Shown here in pieces: positions 41,735-54,870 of a stretch of 64,000 nucleotides of DNA. The notes below the pieces were generated by a model. The model had not been told where the DNA came from and made no database searches. It saw only the letters and a program-made list of their open reading frames with translations. This DNA is from Octopus vulgaris (Eukaryota): NCBI GenBank assembly GCA_951406725.2, contig OX597834.1, positions 27,094,001 to 27,158,000 of the forward strand, in the 5' to 3' direction. Within the stretch, counting starts at the first letter, position 1, and each line of letters opens with the position of its first letter. The position numbers and the translations under genes were made by a program.

Positions 41735-42153
41735 ACTCTTTACTCTTTTACTCTTTTACTTGTTTCAGTCATTTGACTGCGGCCATGCTGGAGCACCGCC
41801 TTTAGTCGAGCAAATCGACCCCGGGACTTATTCTTTGTAAGCCCCAGTACTTATTCTATCGGTCTCTTTTGCCGAACCGCTAAGTGACGGGGACATAAAC
41901 ACACCAGCATCGGTTGTCAAGCAATGCTAGGGGGACAAACACAGACGCACAAACACACACACGCATATATATATATATATACATATATACGACGGGCTTC
42001 TTTCAGTTTCCGTCTACCAGATCCACTCACAAGGCTTTGGTCGGCCCGAGACTATAGTAGAAGACACTTCCCAAGGTGCCACGCAGTGGGACTGAACCCG
42101 GAACCATGTGGTTGGTAAACAAACTACTTACCACACAGCCACTCCTGCGCCTA
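41735..42153 (-). mobile_element. tRNA-derived SINE family A, full length
   Basis: Head with A/B-box-like motifs (TGGCTGTGTGG, GGTTCAGTCCC), internal (TA)/(TG) tract, and (GTAAAAGA)n tail. Confidence 0.9.
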
Positions 42154-42623
42154 TATTCAAAGTAGCTTTCGGTTTATGCATGTTGTTATTGCTGTAGTTT
42201 ATCATCGTATCAGGTCTGTTCCAATAAATCTCTGATCAAGGGTGTTCCGTCTGTGATCACCCTCTATTTTCCCAGTGTACAGGGAAGCCAAGAACACTTT
42301 ATTAGTTTCTTTTCAAGACAGTAGGGTGATTAAGAGAAGATATGGCTGCTATTTCTAGCAGGTCGTGCAACAACTAGAGTCCCATCCCCCCTACCTCCTT
42401 TGCTTGTCATTAGTATTTCGTGTTTCATACGAATGTTACATCGATTGCTTTTCACTGTTTGAGCGGCACTTCGTTTTAGCGACCTTAGATGGATAAAAGA
42501 CAAACGTACTCCGCAGGATTTGAACTCAGAATGTAAACAGCTGCAACTACAAAGCAGTTTTGTCTGACTCGCTAACGCTTCTGCCAACTCACCTGCGAAT
42601 GTTGATGTATATTTGGCGTATGT

Positions 42624-42715
<92 letters not shown>

Positions 42716-42722
42716 ACACACA

Positions 42723-42769
<47 letters not shown>

Positions 42770-43123
42770 ACACACACAGACACACACACACAGACACACA
42801 CACACGCACACACACACATACACACACACACACACATGAATGTGTATGTGTGACTATATGTCTTTTTGTGTGTACAAGTGTGTGTGTGTGTGCGCGCGCG
42901 CGAGTGATTTGTATGCGTATGTGTATTTGTATATGTGTATGTTTGTCGAAAGTGTGTGTGTACGCGCGTGCGTGCATGTCTCTGGTTTGAACGACTGAGA
43001 GCATGTGTGCGTGTGTGACCTAATCCTGTGTGTATGTGTGTGCGACGTCACGAAATATGACATCCAGCCGTATGCAGGTACGTTCAAAGAATTTACTTGC
43101 AGAAGCCCAGGAAAACACCGTTA

Positions 43124-43187
<64 letters not shown>

Positions 43188-43195
43188 CGCAGCTC

Positions 43196-43226
<31 letters not shown>

Positions 43227-43293
43227 ACTCACTCACTCACTCACTTACACTCTCTCTCCCTCTCCCTCTCTCTCAGTTTCGCCCAGGAATTAT

Positions 43294-43607
43294 GTCGTTT
43301 GTTCCTTCTCGAGCCACGCCTGGTTTATTAGGGGCCGGTTTCCCGGTTTCCTTGGCGTATAGGTTTCCTCACCTGGACGGGACACCGGTCCGTCGCAGGT
43401 GAGCTGCAAGATGCAAGAGGAAAGAGAGAGAGAGAGAGAAAGTTGTGGCGAAAGAGTCGGCAGAAGTTTCGCCATTACCTTCTGCCGGAGCCGCGTGGAG
43501 CTTAGGTGTTTCGCTCATAAACACACACATCACCCAGTCTGAGATTCGAACCCGCGATCCCTCGACCGCGAGTCCGCTGCTCTAACCACTAGGCCATGTG
43601 CTTCCAC
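43294..43607 (-). mobile_element. tRNA-derived SINE family C (V-domain-like body) with 12-bp TSD
   Basis: Head TGGCCTAGTGGTTAGAGC..GGTTCGAATC; body CCTGCGACGGACCGGTGTCCCGTCCAGG; TSD CCCAGGAATTAT at 43282 and 43608. Confidence 0.85.
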
Positions 43608-44477
43608 CCCAGGAATTATCTGATTACTCGACTGAAACTACCTGCTCATTAACCCTTGTGTTACCAAATTCCAGTTAACTGCTCTACCTTTGTTTCATTT
43701 ATGCAGCAGGTATAATCCATGATCAAAGACAAACCATCCATGACCATCCCTCAAATATTTCATTGGATATATCTTGCATTTTCTTATCCTATCAGTATTT
43801 CGACTTTTGGGATAAAAGGGTGTGATTTAAGGGAGATTCGGCTGCTATTTCTTACAGGTCGAATGCTATAAGCAAGCTTCTTGTTTGACAATGGAAGATG
43901 GTGGCGGTGGTGGCGGTGGGGGCGCACGGGAGGGCAACAGCCTGAACCAAGCCCTTATCTATCTTCTTCTTCTTCCTCTGGACAGGTCAAACATACAATG
44001 GACATTAATGGTCAGATAATACAAGGAAACATGTGCGCGCGCACACACACACACACAAGCTCATATACACATGGACGCATATACAGACAGATTTATACAC
44101 ACGCACAGAAACATGCCTACACAAAGATACGGACGTACAAAGACATACTCATATACACACAGATGCTCATATATCAATATACGCACACACGAGGATGTGT
44201 ATGGGTATATATATACGTATGACAAAGACATAAAAACTATATAGAAAAAACATTAAATCTATATAAAAAAAACCCGGCTGTGAAAGGTATATAAATATAC
44301 ACACTACATACATATACACACAAACATACGCTGAAACAGACAACCTCACAAGTAAGCACGTACACATATTCACACACACACACACACACACACGTACAAA
44401 TATATATATATATATACAGAATCAGTTTAGACATTCTCAAATACACATGCACGCACACTAAACACACACACACACAG

Positions 44478-44530
<53 letters not shown>

Positions 44531-44637
44531 CATACATGCATACACACATACATACATATATACATACATGCATATGTATATATATATATAAACATATATA
44601 TATATATACATACATATATATACATATGTATACATAC

Positions 44638-44672
<35 letters not shown>

Positions 44673-44673
44673 C

Positions 44674-44743
<70 letters not shown>

Positions 44744-45365
44744 GTATGCTTGTGTGAGAGAGTCTGCACGAAAGAGAGACGTTTGTCTAATATATTTATA
44801 CATTCGTGCACGAGCCAGTGTTAACGTGCATGCGCGTGCCGAGGTTACATAAATCCAGCTGTTGTCATCCACCTTCTGCTTTACGACTGCCTTCGTTTGT
44901 TGGTATTAGTTTGGCAAGGGCTGACTGTCGACTCTGCGCATGCGTGGGGTGCAACGTAGGAATATTTTGGTCAGAGGAAAAGCCTTCGCTGTCACCATGT
45001 GTGTGTCAGGAATCCTGTACTATAGTATGTTTGATATGAATATATTTAGATTCGGTGTGGATATCTGTGGTGTGGATAAACGGTGGGAATGCCAACAGCT
45101 GAGAGTGGTGGTTGTTCAACTTAGTTTCGTTGTCTTGAAGGCTCATCAGGCATTACTCTCCTCACCTTTTGGTAGATACACACACACACACACATGCACA
45201 CATACACATACATAAGTACATACCTTTGCACACACATACACACATACACACATATGCGTATATATGTAACGGTAAAGTTTACGAAAATAAACAAAAGACG
45301 AAGGCAGGTGGAGTACAAACAAACAAATGTATTAGTATAGCGCTCAGGAATAGAAATAGAAAAAG

Positions 45366-45403
45366 TCTTTTATGTTTCGAGCCTACGCTCTTCGACAGAA
45401 AGA
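45366..45403 (-). ncRNA. Degenerate minimal hammerhead motif, related to the 17516 element
   Basis: Minus strand UCUUU-CUGUCGA-A-GAGC-GUAG-GCUC-GAAA-CA-UA-AAAGA. The downstream flank resembles 17570-17625. Confidence 0.5.
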
Positions 45404-45829
45404 TACACAGAAAAGAAACAAGGAGAGAAACAAGGAGAGAAAAAAATGCGTGTAGGAGCTAACGATCTATCATGGCGTCCTGACTTCGGACAGTGGTCAG
45501 ACGCGAGAGGGACATATATATATATATGTAAGTATATATATATATATATATATATACTTACACACATGCAGATATACATATATGTGTATGTTTGTACAAG
45601 TATGTGTACGAGTGCGTGTATGTATGTGCATTTGTCAGTGTGTTACGTGTGTGTGTCCGTGTTTAGAGCTAAATGTTCGCAGTCACATATATATTTATAC
45701 ATATATATATATGGTTCGCAGGACTGAACCCAGGACCATGTGGTTGGTAAGCAAGCTACTTACCACACAGCCACTGCTACGCCACGTATATAAACATATA
45801 TATGAATATATATACGCGCACATACATAA

Positions 45830-46150
45830 CTGGCACTCCGTCGGTTACGACGACGAGGGTTTCAGTTGATCCGATCAACAGAAACAGCCTGCTCGTGAAA
45901 TTAACGCGCAAGTGGCTGAGTACTCCACAGACACGCGTTCCCTTAACGTAGTTCTCAGGGAGATTCGGCGTGACGCAGAATGTGATAAGGCTTACCCTTT
46001 TGAATTACAGGTACAGTTTATTTTCGCCAGGTGAGTAGTCTAGAACAACCTGAAATAAAGTGTCTTGCTGTAGGACACGACACGCCGCCGAGAATCGAAC
46101 TCAGGACTTCACGGTCGCGAGCCGAATAGCCCACTGAGTCACGCGACTTC
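45830..46150 (-). mobile_element. SINE sharing the family D 3' body but with a different 5' half
   Basis: 45832-46015 matches 57133-57315. The head region differs. Confidence 0.75.
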
Positions 46151-46757
46151 ACACGCATTCGTTTATATTCATACACTCGCATTTATATGTCTGAGATTTC
46201 TTGTATAAATACGTATAACATTAATTTCTATACCTACGGGCATATATACACATGCGAGCAAGCACACACGCGCGTACGTACACATTTGTACACCGACGCA
46301 CGTGTACGTTGGAACAAGACATTTTAGTTTTCGCAAATACAAACAAACCTGGTTATTCATACGTGCGTACACCTACACATGCCCACACATACATGCACGT
46401 GCGCGCGCACATACACATGCGCACTTGCCCGCTTAGCACCGAGCATGCATATAACACCTGCACAAACACACACACACACACAGGCATATGTGTGTGTGTG
46501 TGTCTGTATTTGTACGTGTATATATATATATATATATATTCAACAAAATATTAAGGAAAGACCCTTACAGGTCGTTCGACTCACTTGAAAAGAGCAGCCA
46601 AAACTCAAACCGCAAAAATAGTAGTAATAGTAGTAATATATATATATATACGAGAAAGAAGCAACAAGAATGGATTAGTTTTTAGTACAATTGTTTCATA
46701 CAAAGACAGGCTTTATTACAAGTTGCAAAAATTGCAGCAGATAAATTAATTGCTTTG

Positions 46758-46789
<32 letters not shown>

Positions 46790-46802
<13 letters not shown>

Positions 46803-46938
46803 ACGTGCAAATTTGTATGTTTTGTTTTATGTATGTATTCTCATGCATATAGTTGCATATCTAAACATGCTCATATACATCTAAATGATAAACTTCTGGA
46901 AAGTTTTACAGATTTTTACAGTTCCAGTGATGGTTTGA

Positions 46939-46940
<2 letters not shown>
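46790..46940 (-). mobile_element. Short 3' fragment of the same (CATA)n-tailed LINE, inverted
   Basis: Reverse complement of about 49735-49885. Confidence 0.85.
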
Positions 46941-47029
<89 letters not shown>

Positions 47030-47367
47030 ATAGGCGCAGAAGTGGCTGTGTGGTAAGTAGCTTTCTTACCAACCACATGGTTCCGGGTTCAGTCCCACTG
47101 CGTGGCAGCTTGGGCAAGTGCCTTGGGTCGCTGAGCATTTTGTCTGGCATGTTAATGATTCTGCCAGCTCACTTTAATAATGGATTCAAATTTAAATTGG
47201 GGAGGGAGCAAGTCGATTACATCGACCCCCAGTATACAACTGATACTTATTTCATCGAATCCTAAAGGATGAAAAGCAAATTCGACTACGGCGAAATTTG
47301 AACTCAAAGCGTATGGGCGGATGAAATGCCGCTAAGGTACTGCCATCTCACCGATTTAAGCTGCTTC

Positions 47368-47457
<90 letters not shown>

Positions 47458-47467
47458 TCTCTCTCTC

Positions 47468-47675
47468 TCTTTATTCTTTTACTTGTTTCAGTCATTTGAC
47501 TGTGGCCATGCTGGAGCATCGCCTTTAGTCGAGGAAATCGACCCTATGACTTATTGTTTGTAAGCCTAGTAACTTATTCTATCGGATACTTTTGCCGAAC
47601 CGCTAAGTGACGGGGACGTAAACACACCAGCATCGGTTGTCCAGCGAAGCTGGGGGGACAAACACGGACACACAA

Positions 47676-47718
<43 letters not shown>

Positions 47719-47865
47719 GACATATATACGACGGGCTTCTTTCAGTTTCCGTCTACCAAATCCACTCACAAGGCTTTGGTCGGCCCGAGGCTATAGTAGA
47801 AGACACTTGCCTAAGGTGCCACGCAGTGGGACTGAACCCGGAACCATGCGGCTGGTAGACAAGCT
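47468..47865 (-). mobile_element. SINE family A, left member of an inverted pair
   Basis: Family match. Confidence 0.9.
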
Positions 47866-47921
47866 ATATATATATATATATTACTTAATTCAATCATTAG
47901 ACTGCGGCCAAGCTGGGGCAC

Positions 47922-48304
47922 CAACCGCATGGTTCCGGGTTCAGTCCCACTGCGTGGCACCTTTGGTAAGTGTCTTCTACTATAGCCTCGGGCCGACCAA
48001 AGCCTTGTGAGTGGATTTGGTAGACGGAAACTGAAAGAAGCCTGTCGTATATATGTATATATATATATATATATATATGCGTGTGTGTGTTTGTGTGTCT
48101 GTGTTTGTCCCCCTAGCATTGCTTGACAACCGATGCTGGTGTGTTTATGTCCCCGTTACCTAGCGGTTCGGCAAAAAGAGACCGATAGAATAAGTACTGG
48201 GCTTACAAAGTATAAGTCCCGGGGTCGAGTTGCTCGACTAAAGGCGGTGCTCCAGCATGGCCACAGTTAAATGACTGAAACAAGTAAAAGAGAGTAAAAA
48301 GAGT
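47922..48304 (+). mobile_element. SINE family A, right member of an inverted pair
   Basis: Family match. Confidence 0.9.
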
Positions 48305-48642
48305 ATATATACGGGGAATTCCCATCCTGATGCGCCTCATCAAGCCTGGCTTAAACATACACAGCCGAGGCGATGTAGTAGGAAAATTTTATTCTAGAAC
48401 TGTCTGCCACTCTACCTAACTGACTGACTGACAGCCTGTCTGTCTATCAGCCTGTCCGTCTGTCCGTCTGTCTGTCTGTCTGTGTGTCTGTCTGTCTAAC
48501 TCTCTGTCTCACTACATCTCTGTCTGCCTGCCTTGATTCTGAGCTCGCATTTTCCACAAGCTAACAGCCATGCCTGCCTGCCTGCCTGCGTACCTGTCTG
48601 TCTGCCTGTCTGCCTGTCTGTCGGTCGATCTCTAAGTCGGTA

Positions 48643-48673
<31 letters not shown>

Positions 48674-49019
48674 ATTCCGTAAGCATATATATATATATAT
48701 ACATAGAGTTTGTCTCGCAGGCAATGTCAACCTCCCAATGTCTGTCAGTAAATGTGTGTTTGTGTGTGTGTGGTTCTCTCTCTGCATGCGTCTCCAAGTC
48801 TCTCATCTTGCTTATTGTGTTTACATTATCAACGCTATTCCGTGTCTGTATGTGTCCGCGTGTCCGTGTGCCCGTGTGTTAGCACCTCTATGCATATGTG
48901 TGTGCGTGAGGTGAGTGCGTGTGTATCTATGTATCTGAATATGTGTGTGAGTATATATATATATATATATAGATAGATAGATAGATAGATATACATATAT
49001 ATATATATATATGTATATA

Positions 49020-49070
<51 letters not shown>

Positions 49071-49078
49071 TATTATAA

Positions 49079-49113
<35 letters not shown>

Positions 49114-49467
49114 AAATATTTTTATGATCAGTTATAATAAAAATTTAACAATATTTGATGGGTTACTCAATACTTTTGTAGATTACAAATTTATTATTTT
49201 TATACAGGAATGTTGTTGATAGTGACTCCGAAATATACATACATGCATACATACATACATGCATACATACATACATACATACATACATACATACATACAT
49301 ACATACATACATACATACATACATACATACGTACATACATACATGCATACATACATACATACATACATACATACATACATACATACATACATGCATGCAT
49401 ACACACCTACATACATACATACATATATACATACATACATACATATATACATACAGTTCGTTTGTAT

Positions 49468-49885
49468 GTATTTGGAATAGAGAAGAGAAACTGTGCACCG
49501 TTGTGGAAATTAGCTGCCCAGCAGATGTTAACATAAAGCTGAAGATCAGTGAAAAAGAGAACACCTATGCTGAACTATTGAGAAATTTGCAGTTACTCTA
49601 TCCAGATTACAAGTTCAGGTTTATACCTGTAATTATTGGGGCACTTGGATACGTAACACACTGCCTAAATACCAATCTTGAGAAATTAGGCTTCTGAAAA
49701 CCAGAAAGGAGAAAGTTAATTTCAAGACTACAGATTTAAACCATCACTGGAACTGTAAAAATCTGTAAAACTTTCCAGAAGTTTATCATTTAAATATATA
49801 TGAGCATGTTTAGATATGCAACTATATGCATGAGGATACATACATAAAACAAAACATACAAATTTGCACGTATACATACATACAT
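49468..49885 (+). mobile_element. 3' end of an RLE-encoding non-LTR retrotransposon flanked by (CATA)n
   Basis: IWNREEKLCTVVEISCPADVNI..KENTYAEL..FIPVIIGALG, then stops, a UTR and a (CATA)n tail. Confidence 0.8.
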
Positions 49886-50150
49886 ACGTACATACATACG
49901 TGGTAAATGGAACCAACTCAACATGAAAAGAGAAGATGCGAGAATTTTCCAGAACTGATTAAGGAAGAAATCAGTCTGATTCTTTGGATCTATGTTTCTT
50001 CCTCTATAAGTGTCAACAGCACAACCGCAGTTCCACCTGACCTCATGCAAACAGAATAGTTAGTCATAGGGGAAAAAAAATAAGCAGAACACTTCTAGGG
50101 TCTGAATAATTTGCAAATTGAAAATGTAAATGAGCTAAGAGAATCATCAT

Positions 50151-50296
50151 TTTTCATCATTGTTCGACCGTGGTCGAGACAATGGAATTTACCATGCTAC
50201 GCCAGACTTCACGGTCCATCATGGCATTATGGAGTTCCTGTTGCTGGATGCCTGTATCCCTGGAGATTACATCAGGGTAAGAGAGTGTGCGCCCTC
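50151..50296 (-). mobile_element. 3' end of an RTE-clade LINE
   Basis: The minus strand encodes GRTLSYPDVISRDTGIQQQELHNAMMDREVWRSMV..*, then a short (TGA)n tail. Confidence 0.65.
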
Positions 50297-50564
50297 TGGT
50301 ATTGCGAGTAGAGAATGGCCAATTGTATAAAATGAGTGTACGTAGAAATACTATTATAAATTGCGAAAATGTACTTCACCAGTGGTTTTCAACTGTGGTC
50401 CATATAACCTTAGGACTCCTTATAAAAAATTTTGGGGTTCACACAAACAAAAGAGCAAACTAGGGATCCACTGTAGTATTTTAAGAGCACATGAAAAACT
50501 ACTTTGATTTAGTTGTATTTATTACAAGAAACTGTTAGGTTCTGTTTCTTAAATGTTATACACA

Positions 50565-50726
50565 GCAGGAGTGGCTGTGTGGTAAGTAGCTTGCTAACCA
50601 ACCACATTGTTCCGGGTTCAGTCCCACTGCGTGGCATCTTGGGCAAGTGTCTTCTGCTATAGCCCCGGGCCGACCAATGCCTTGTGAGTGGATTTGGTAG
50701 ACGGAAACTGAAAGAAGCCTGTCGTA

Positions 50727-50793
<67 letters not shown>

Positions 50794-51019
50794 ATGTGTT
50801 TGTATTTCTGTGTTTGTCTCCCTAGCATGGCTTGACAACCGATGCTGGTGTTTTTACGTCCCCGTCACTTAGCGGTTCGGCAAAAGAGACCGATAGAATA
50901 AGTACTGGGCTTACAAAGAATAAGTCCCGAGGTCGATTTGCTCGACTAAAGGCGGTGCTCCAGCATGGCCGCAGTCAAATGACTGAAACAAGTAAAAGAG
51001 TAAAAGAGTAAAAGAGTAA
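50565..51019 (+). mobile_element. SINE family A
   Basis: Near full-length match to the family. Confidence 0.9.
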
Positions 51020-51038
51020 GTAACTATGAAAATGTTTT

Positions 51039-51353
51039 GCACATGGCCTAGTGGTTAGAGCAGCGGACTCGCTGTCGAGGAATCGCAGTTTCGAATCTCA
51101 GACCGGACGATGTGCGTGTTTATGAGCTAAACACCTAAGCTCCACGCGGCTCTGGTAGAAGGTAATGCCGAACTTCTTCTGACTCTTTCGCCACAAACTT
51201 TCTCTCACTCTTTCCCCTTGCATCTTGCAGCACACCTGCGACAGACCGGAGTCTCGTCCAGGTGGGGAATGTATACGCCAAGGAAACCGGGCAACCGGGC
51301 AACCGGGCAACCGGCTCTTATGAGCCAGGCGTGGCTCGAGAAGGAACAAACAA
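51039..51353 (+). mobile_element. SINE family C
   Basis: Reverse-complement match to 43294-43607. Confidence 0.85.
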
Positions 51354-51662
51354 TCTATGAAAATAGTTTTTGAACATTGAATGGCTATGAGGGTTCACTA
51401 GAGTAAAATAGTAATGGAAGAGGTTCCTAAGTAAAAAATGGTTGAGATCTACTGTTCTATACTGTAACTACTGCCACGGCTATAACCAAATTGTGATTAT
51501 GTCGTTAATCTGTAAATTCCTCAGTGATTTTACTCGTTCAGTGAGATTAGGAAATCTAATTAATTGTATAATTTATAGTTTCTCTACAACACAGTGTGAA
51601 TCTAACAACAATAACATAGAAAGGATGAACGTTCGGTGTCTGAATAGACCGATAATTGTTAC

Positions 51663-51717
51663 AGTGTTTACTTCTGATGATGGGTCTCTGTGCCCGAAAT
51701 ATAAAGATTATTACATT
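51663..51717 (+). ncRNA. Canonical-core minimal type I hammerhead ribozyme, copy 1 of a tandem dimer
   Basis: CUU-CUGAUGA-U-GGG...CCC-GAAA-UA-UA-AAG, with distal stem I AGUGU/ACAUU. Predicted cut after 51703. Confidence 0.7.
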
Positions 51718-51862
51718 TACTTATTTCTCTGCATTGTAAGAAGCTCTCTGTCTTCACACGTCTTCTTAATCACGATACTCGAAGCAAGCTAAAATACTCT
51801 TCTTACAAAAAATACTACACAAAAAGAAAAAAAACCCCAAAAAAAAACGAGAATAAGCTAAC

Positions 51863-51917
51863 AGTGTTTACTTCTGATGATGGGTCTCTGTGCCCGAAAT
51901 ATAAAGATTATTACATT
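51863..51917 (+). ncRNA. Canonical-core minimal type I hammerhead ribozyme, copy 2 of a tandem dimer
   Basis: Identical to copy 1 and exactly 200 bp downstream. Predicted cut after 51903. Confidence 0.7.
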
Positions 51918-52366
51918 TACTTATTTCTCTGCATTGTAAGAAGCTCTCTGTCTTCACACGTCTTCTTAATCACAATACTCCAAGCAAGCTAAAATACTCT
52001 TCTTACAAAAAATACTACACAAAAAGAACAAAAAAAAACCAAAAAAAAAACAAAACCAGAATAAGCTAACTTCTCAGTCATCCAAATCCATACACACACA
52101 CTTAATACCCTGACAATTTTTCACTCTGATGTATTTCGTACCCCCGGTGTATGTGGTACCCGTTGCGCAATGTCAATCAATATGGCGTACTCCGGCTTGT
52201 CTTGCTTTTTTTCGCTGTTACATTTTCAGTTACCAGATATTTCCTGAAGGAACCAACTAATGGAATTCTATCGACTCAGCGACTCCTGTCTTTCTTGGAG
52301 TAAAAGAGGGAGGAGGAGCGTAAATATAGCTTCGTCGTCAAATTTGCAAAGACGTGCAATGCAGGT

Positions 52367-52423
<57 letters not shown>

Positions 52424-52550
52424 ATATATTTGTGTGTGTGTGTATCACATATTTACGTATATGTATACACACACTCACACGTTTTTTTTTATACACGTAA
52501 GTATGCCTTGTGAATAAATCGTATATACGATCAACGTGTAATTTTGAGTG

Positions 52551-52607
<57 letters not shown>

Positions 52608-52884
52608 ATATAGATACTATACATGCACAGCCACACATACAAATACAGACATACCCCACCACACACACACACACAGAGTTTGCTGTTATGTCGAGTTATT
52701 GTAAAAACAATTTAAGATTCAGCTAATGCTTTTTGTAGAATACATATTTATTACACCTTTATAAGAAGGTCGGCAGTAACTTCGAAGTTTCACTCTGTTA
52801 GCTTTCGTCCGACGGAAGCTAGAAGACCGAATTTTCCGCGTCTCTGTCACCACTTTCTTGTAAAGGTGTAATTAATATATATAT

Positions 52885-53322
52885 TTCTTTACTGCCCACA
52901 AGGGGCTAAACATAGAGGGGACAAACAAGGACAAAGTATTAAGTCGATTATATCGACCCCAGTGCGTAACTGGTACTTAATTTATCGACCCCGAAAGGAT
53001 GAAAGGCAAAGTCGACCTCGGCGGAATTTGAACTCAGAACGTAACGGCAGACGAAATACCGCTGAGCATTTCGCCCGGCCTGCTAACGTTTCTTATTTCT
53101 TTATTGCCCACAAGGGGTTAAACATAGAGGGGACACACAGGAACAGACAAACGGAATAAGTCGATTACATCGACCCCAATGCGAAACTGGTACTTAATTT
53201 ATCGACCCCGAAAGGATGAAAGGCAAAGTCGACCTCGGCGGAATTTGAACTCAGAATGTAACGGCAGACGAAATACCCCTAAGCATTTCGCCCGGCCTGC
53301 TAACGCTTCTACCAGCTCGAGG
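52885..53322 (-). mobile_element. SINE family B tandem dimer
   Basis: Two head-to-tail units on the minus strand. Confidence 0.85.
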
Positions 53323-53429
53323 CGCAGGTGTGGCTGTGTAGTAAGAAGCTTACTTCCCAACCACATGGTCCAAGGTTCAGTCCCACTGCGTGGCACATTG
53401 GGCGAATATATGTCTGTATGTAAGTGCGC

Positions 53430-53472
<43 letters not shown>

Positions 53473-53766
53473 TGCGTGCGATGGAATATTCCATTGAGGG
53501 CGACGTATGAGAGTTCATCTTTTGCTGAACGACCCGCACAAAATGACTTGTTTATTGTGTGATTAAATGTATGCGGTGTACATTAGCTCATCCCTTTCAT
53601 CAAATCGACGTTGCCTGAGCAGGTGCCCCGTGTTACCATATGTCAGGTGCTGAAGGGATCACGGAGCAACGTGAGATGAAATGCCTTTGTTCCACAAAAT
53701 AATGCATCGTCCAGTCCAGGAACTGAAACCGTGATCTCGCGATCGTAAGTGCAATACGCTAATCAC

Positions 53767-54164
53767 TGGCTTTGTGGTAAGTAGCTTGCTTACGAACCAC
53801 ATGGTTCCGGGTTCAGTGCCGCTGCGTGGCACTTTGGGCAAGTGTCTTCTAACATAGCCTCGGGCCGACCAAATCCTTGTGAGTGGATTTGGTAGACGGA
53901 AACCGAAAGAAGCCCGTCGTATATATGTATATATATATGTGTGTGTGTATGTTTGTGTGTCTGTGTTTGTTCCCCTAGCATTGCTTGACAACCGATGCTG
54001 GTGTGTTTACGTCCACGTAACTTAGCGGTTCGGCAAAAGAGACCGATAGAATAAGTACTGGGCTTACAAAGAATAAGTCATGGGGTCGATTCGCTCGACT
54101 AAAGGCGGTGCTCCAGCATGGCCGCAGTCACATGACTGAAACAAGTAAAAGAGTAAAAAGAGTA
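53767..54164 (+). mobile_element. SINE family A
   Basis: Family match with tail. Confidence 0.9.
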
Positions 54165-54213
54165 ATACGTTGATACATAGGTTAGCAGATACAATGACAT
54201 ATATATATGTATG

Positions 54214-54286
<73 letters not shown>

Positions 54287-54308
54287 TGAAAAAAAATTGA
54301 TCAAAAAA

Positions 54309-54828
54309 AATAAATCCATCATGTAGTATGCGAATATAAGCAAGAAGGGTAGTAAATTACTACCCTTCTTGCTTATATTCGCATACTACATGATGGATTT
54401 ATTCGTAAAATTCTTCCCGGCATGCCCGTGTAAGTTTTGCGTCTGCGCAGAGATTTGAAAAGTTAAGATCTGCTAGTAGTCGGGTTCAACACATAGTCCC
54501 ACATCGCTGCAGACCTCGATTAAATTTAGGCGACTCGCTGATGAAGCTGGCCTTAGCAAATATATTCTGTGTTTTGCTAGAAAGAAGCAGAAACCGCTGT
54601 ACGAGTTGTTAAAGTTATCGGTAAACGTTTTTGATTTTCACTCTCGATAAATTCATCCCCTTTTTGTGTTCCCAGCACTCGGCATCTTTATTTAGGAGCC
54701 CTTAATTGTATAACTACATGAATAATATTTTTCTATATGAATAATATTTTTGTCTTATGACTAATTCGTCTTTTGTGCCGGGCACCTGGTGGTAAATAAT
54801 ATTACTACCCTTCTTGTTTATATTCGCA

Positions 54829-54833
<5 letters not shown>
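54309..54833 (+). mobile_element. Penelope-like non-autonomous element: 5' fold-back, internal hammerhead, terminal direct repeat
   Basis: Palindrome 54309-54403 with 47-bp arms. ATTACTACCCTTCTTGYTTATATTCGCATACTA occurs at 54356 and 54801. Flanked by (TA)n. Confidence 0.65.
54529..54610 (+). ncRNA. Type I hammerhead motif with extended stem II
   Basis: GGCGACUCG-CUGAUGA-A-GCU..UAGCAAA..UUUGCUA..AGC-A-GAAAC-CGCU-GUA-CGAGUUGUU. Stem I is 9 bp and the GUA triplet ends at 54601. Confidence 0.65.

Positions 54834-54870
<37 letters not shown>

Larger units (their letters stand above)
50380..51454. mobile_element. hAT-like MITE with two nested SINEs
   Basis: Imperfect TIRs CAGTGGTTTTCAAC / GTTGAGATCTACTG. 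The TSD is not clearly preserved. Confidence 0.45.
51661..52070 (+). repeat. Two head-to-tail copies of a ~200-bp hammerhead-bearing unit (retrozyme or Penelope pLTR-like)
   Basis: 51661-51860 and 51861-52070 are near-identical apart from two substitutions and the A-tract lengths. Confidence 0.9.

Noticed and set aside
43530-43607. tRNA gene (likewise 51039-51105 and 57440-57510)
   Set aside because: These are tRNA-derived SINE heads continuous with SINE bodies and TSDs.
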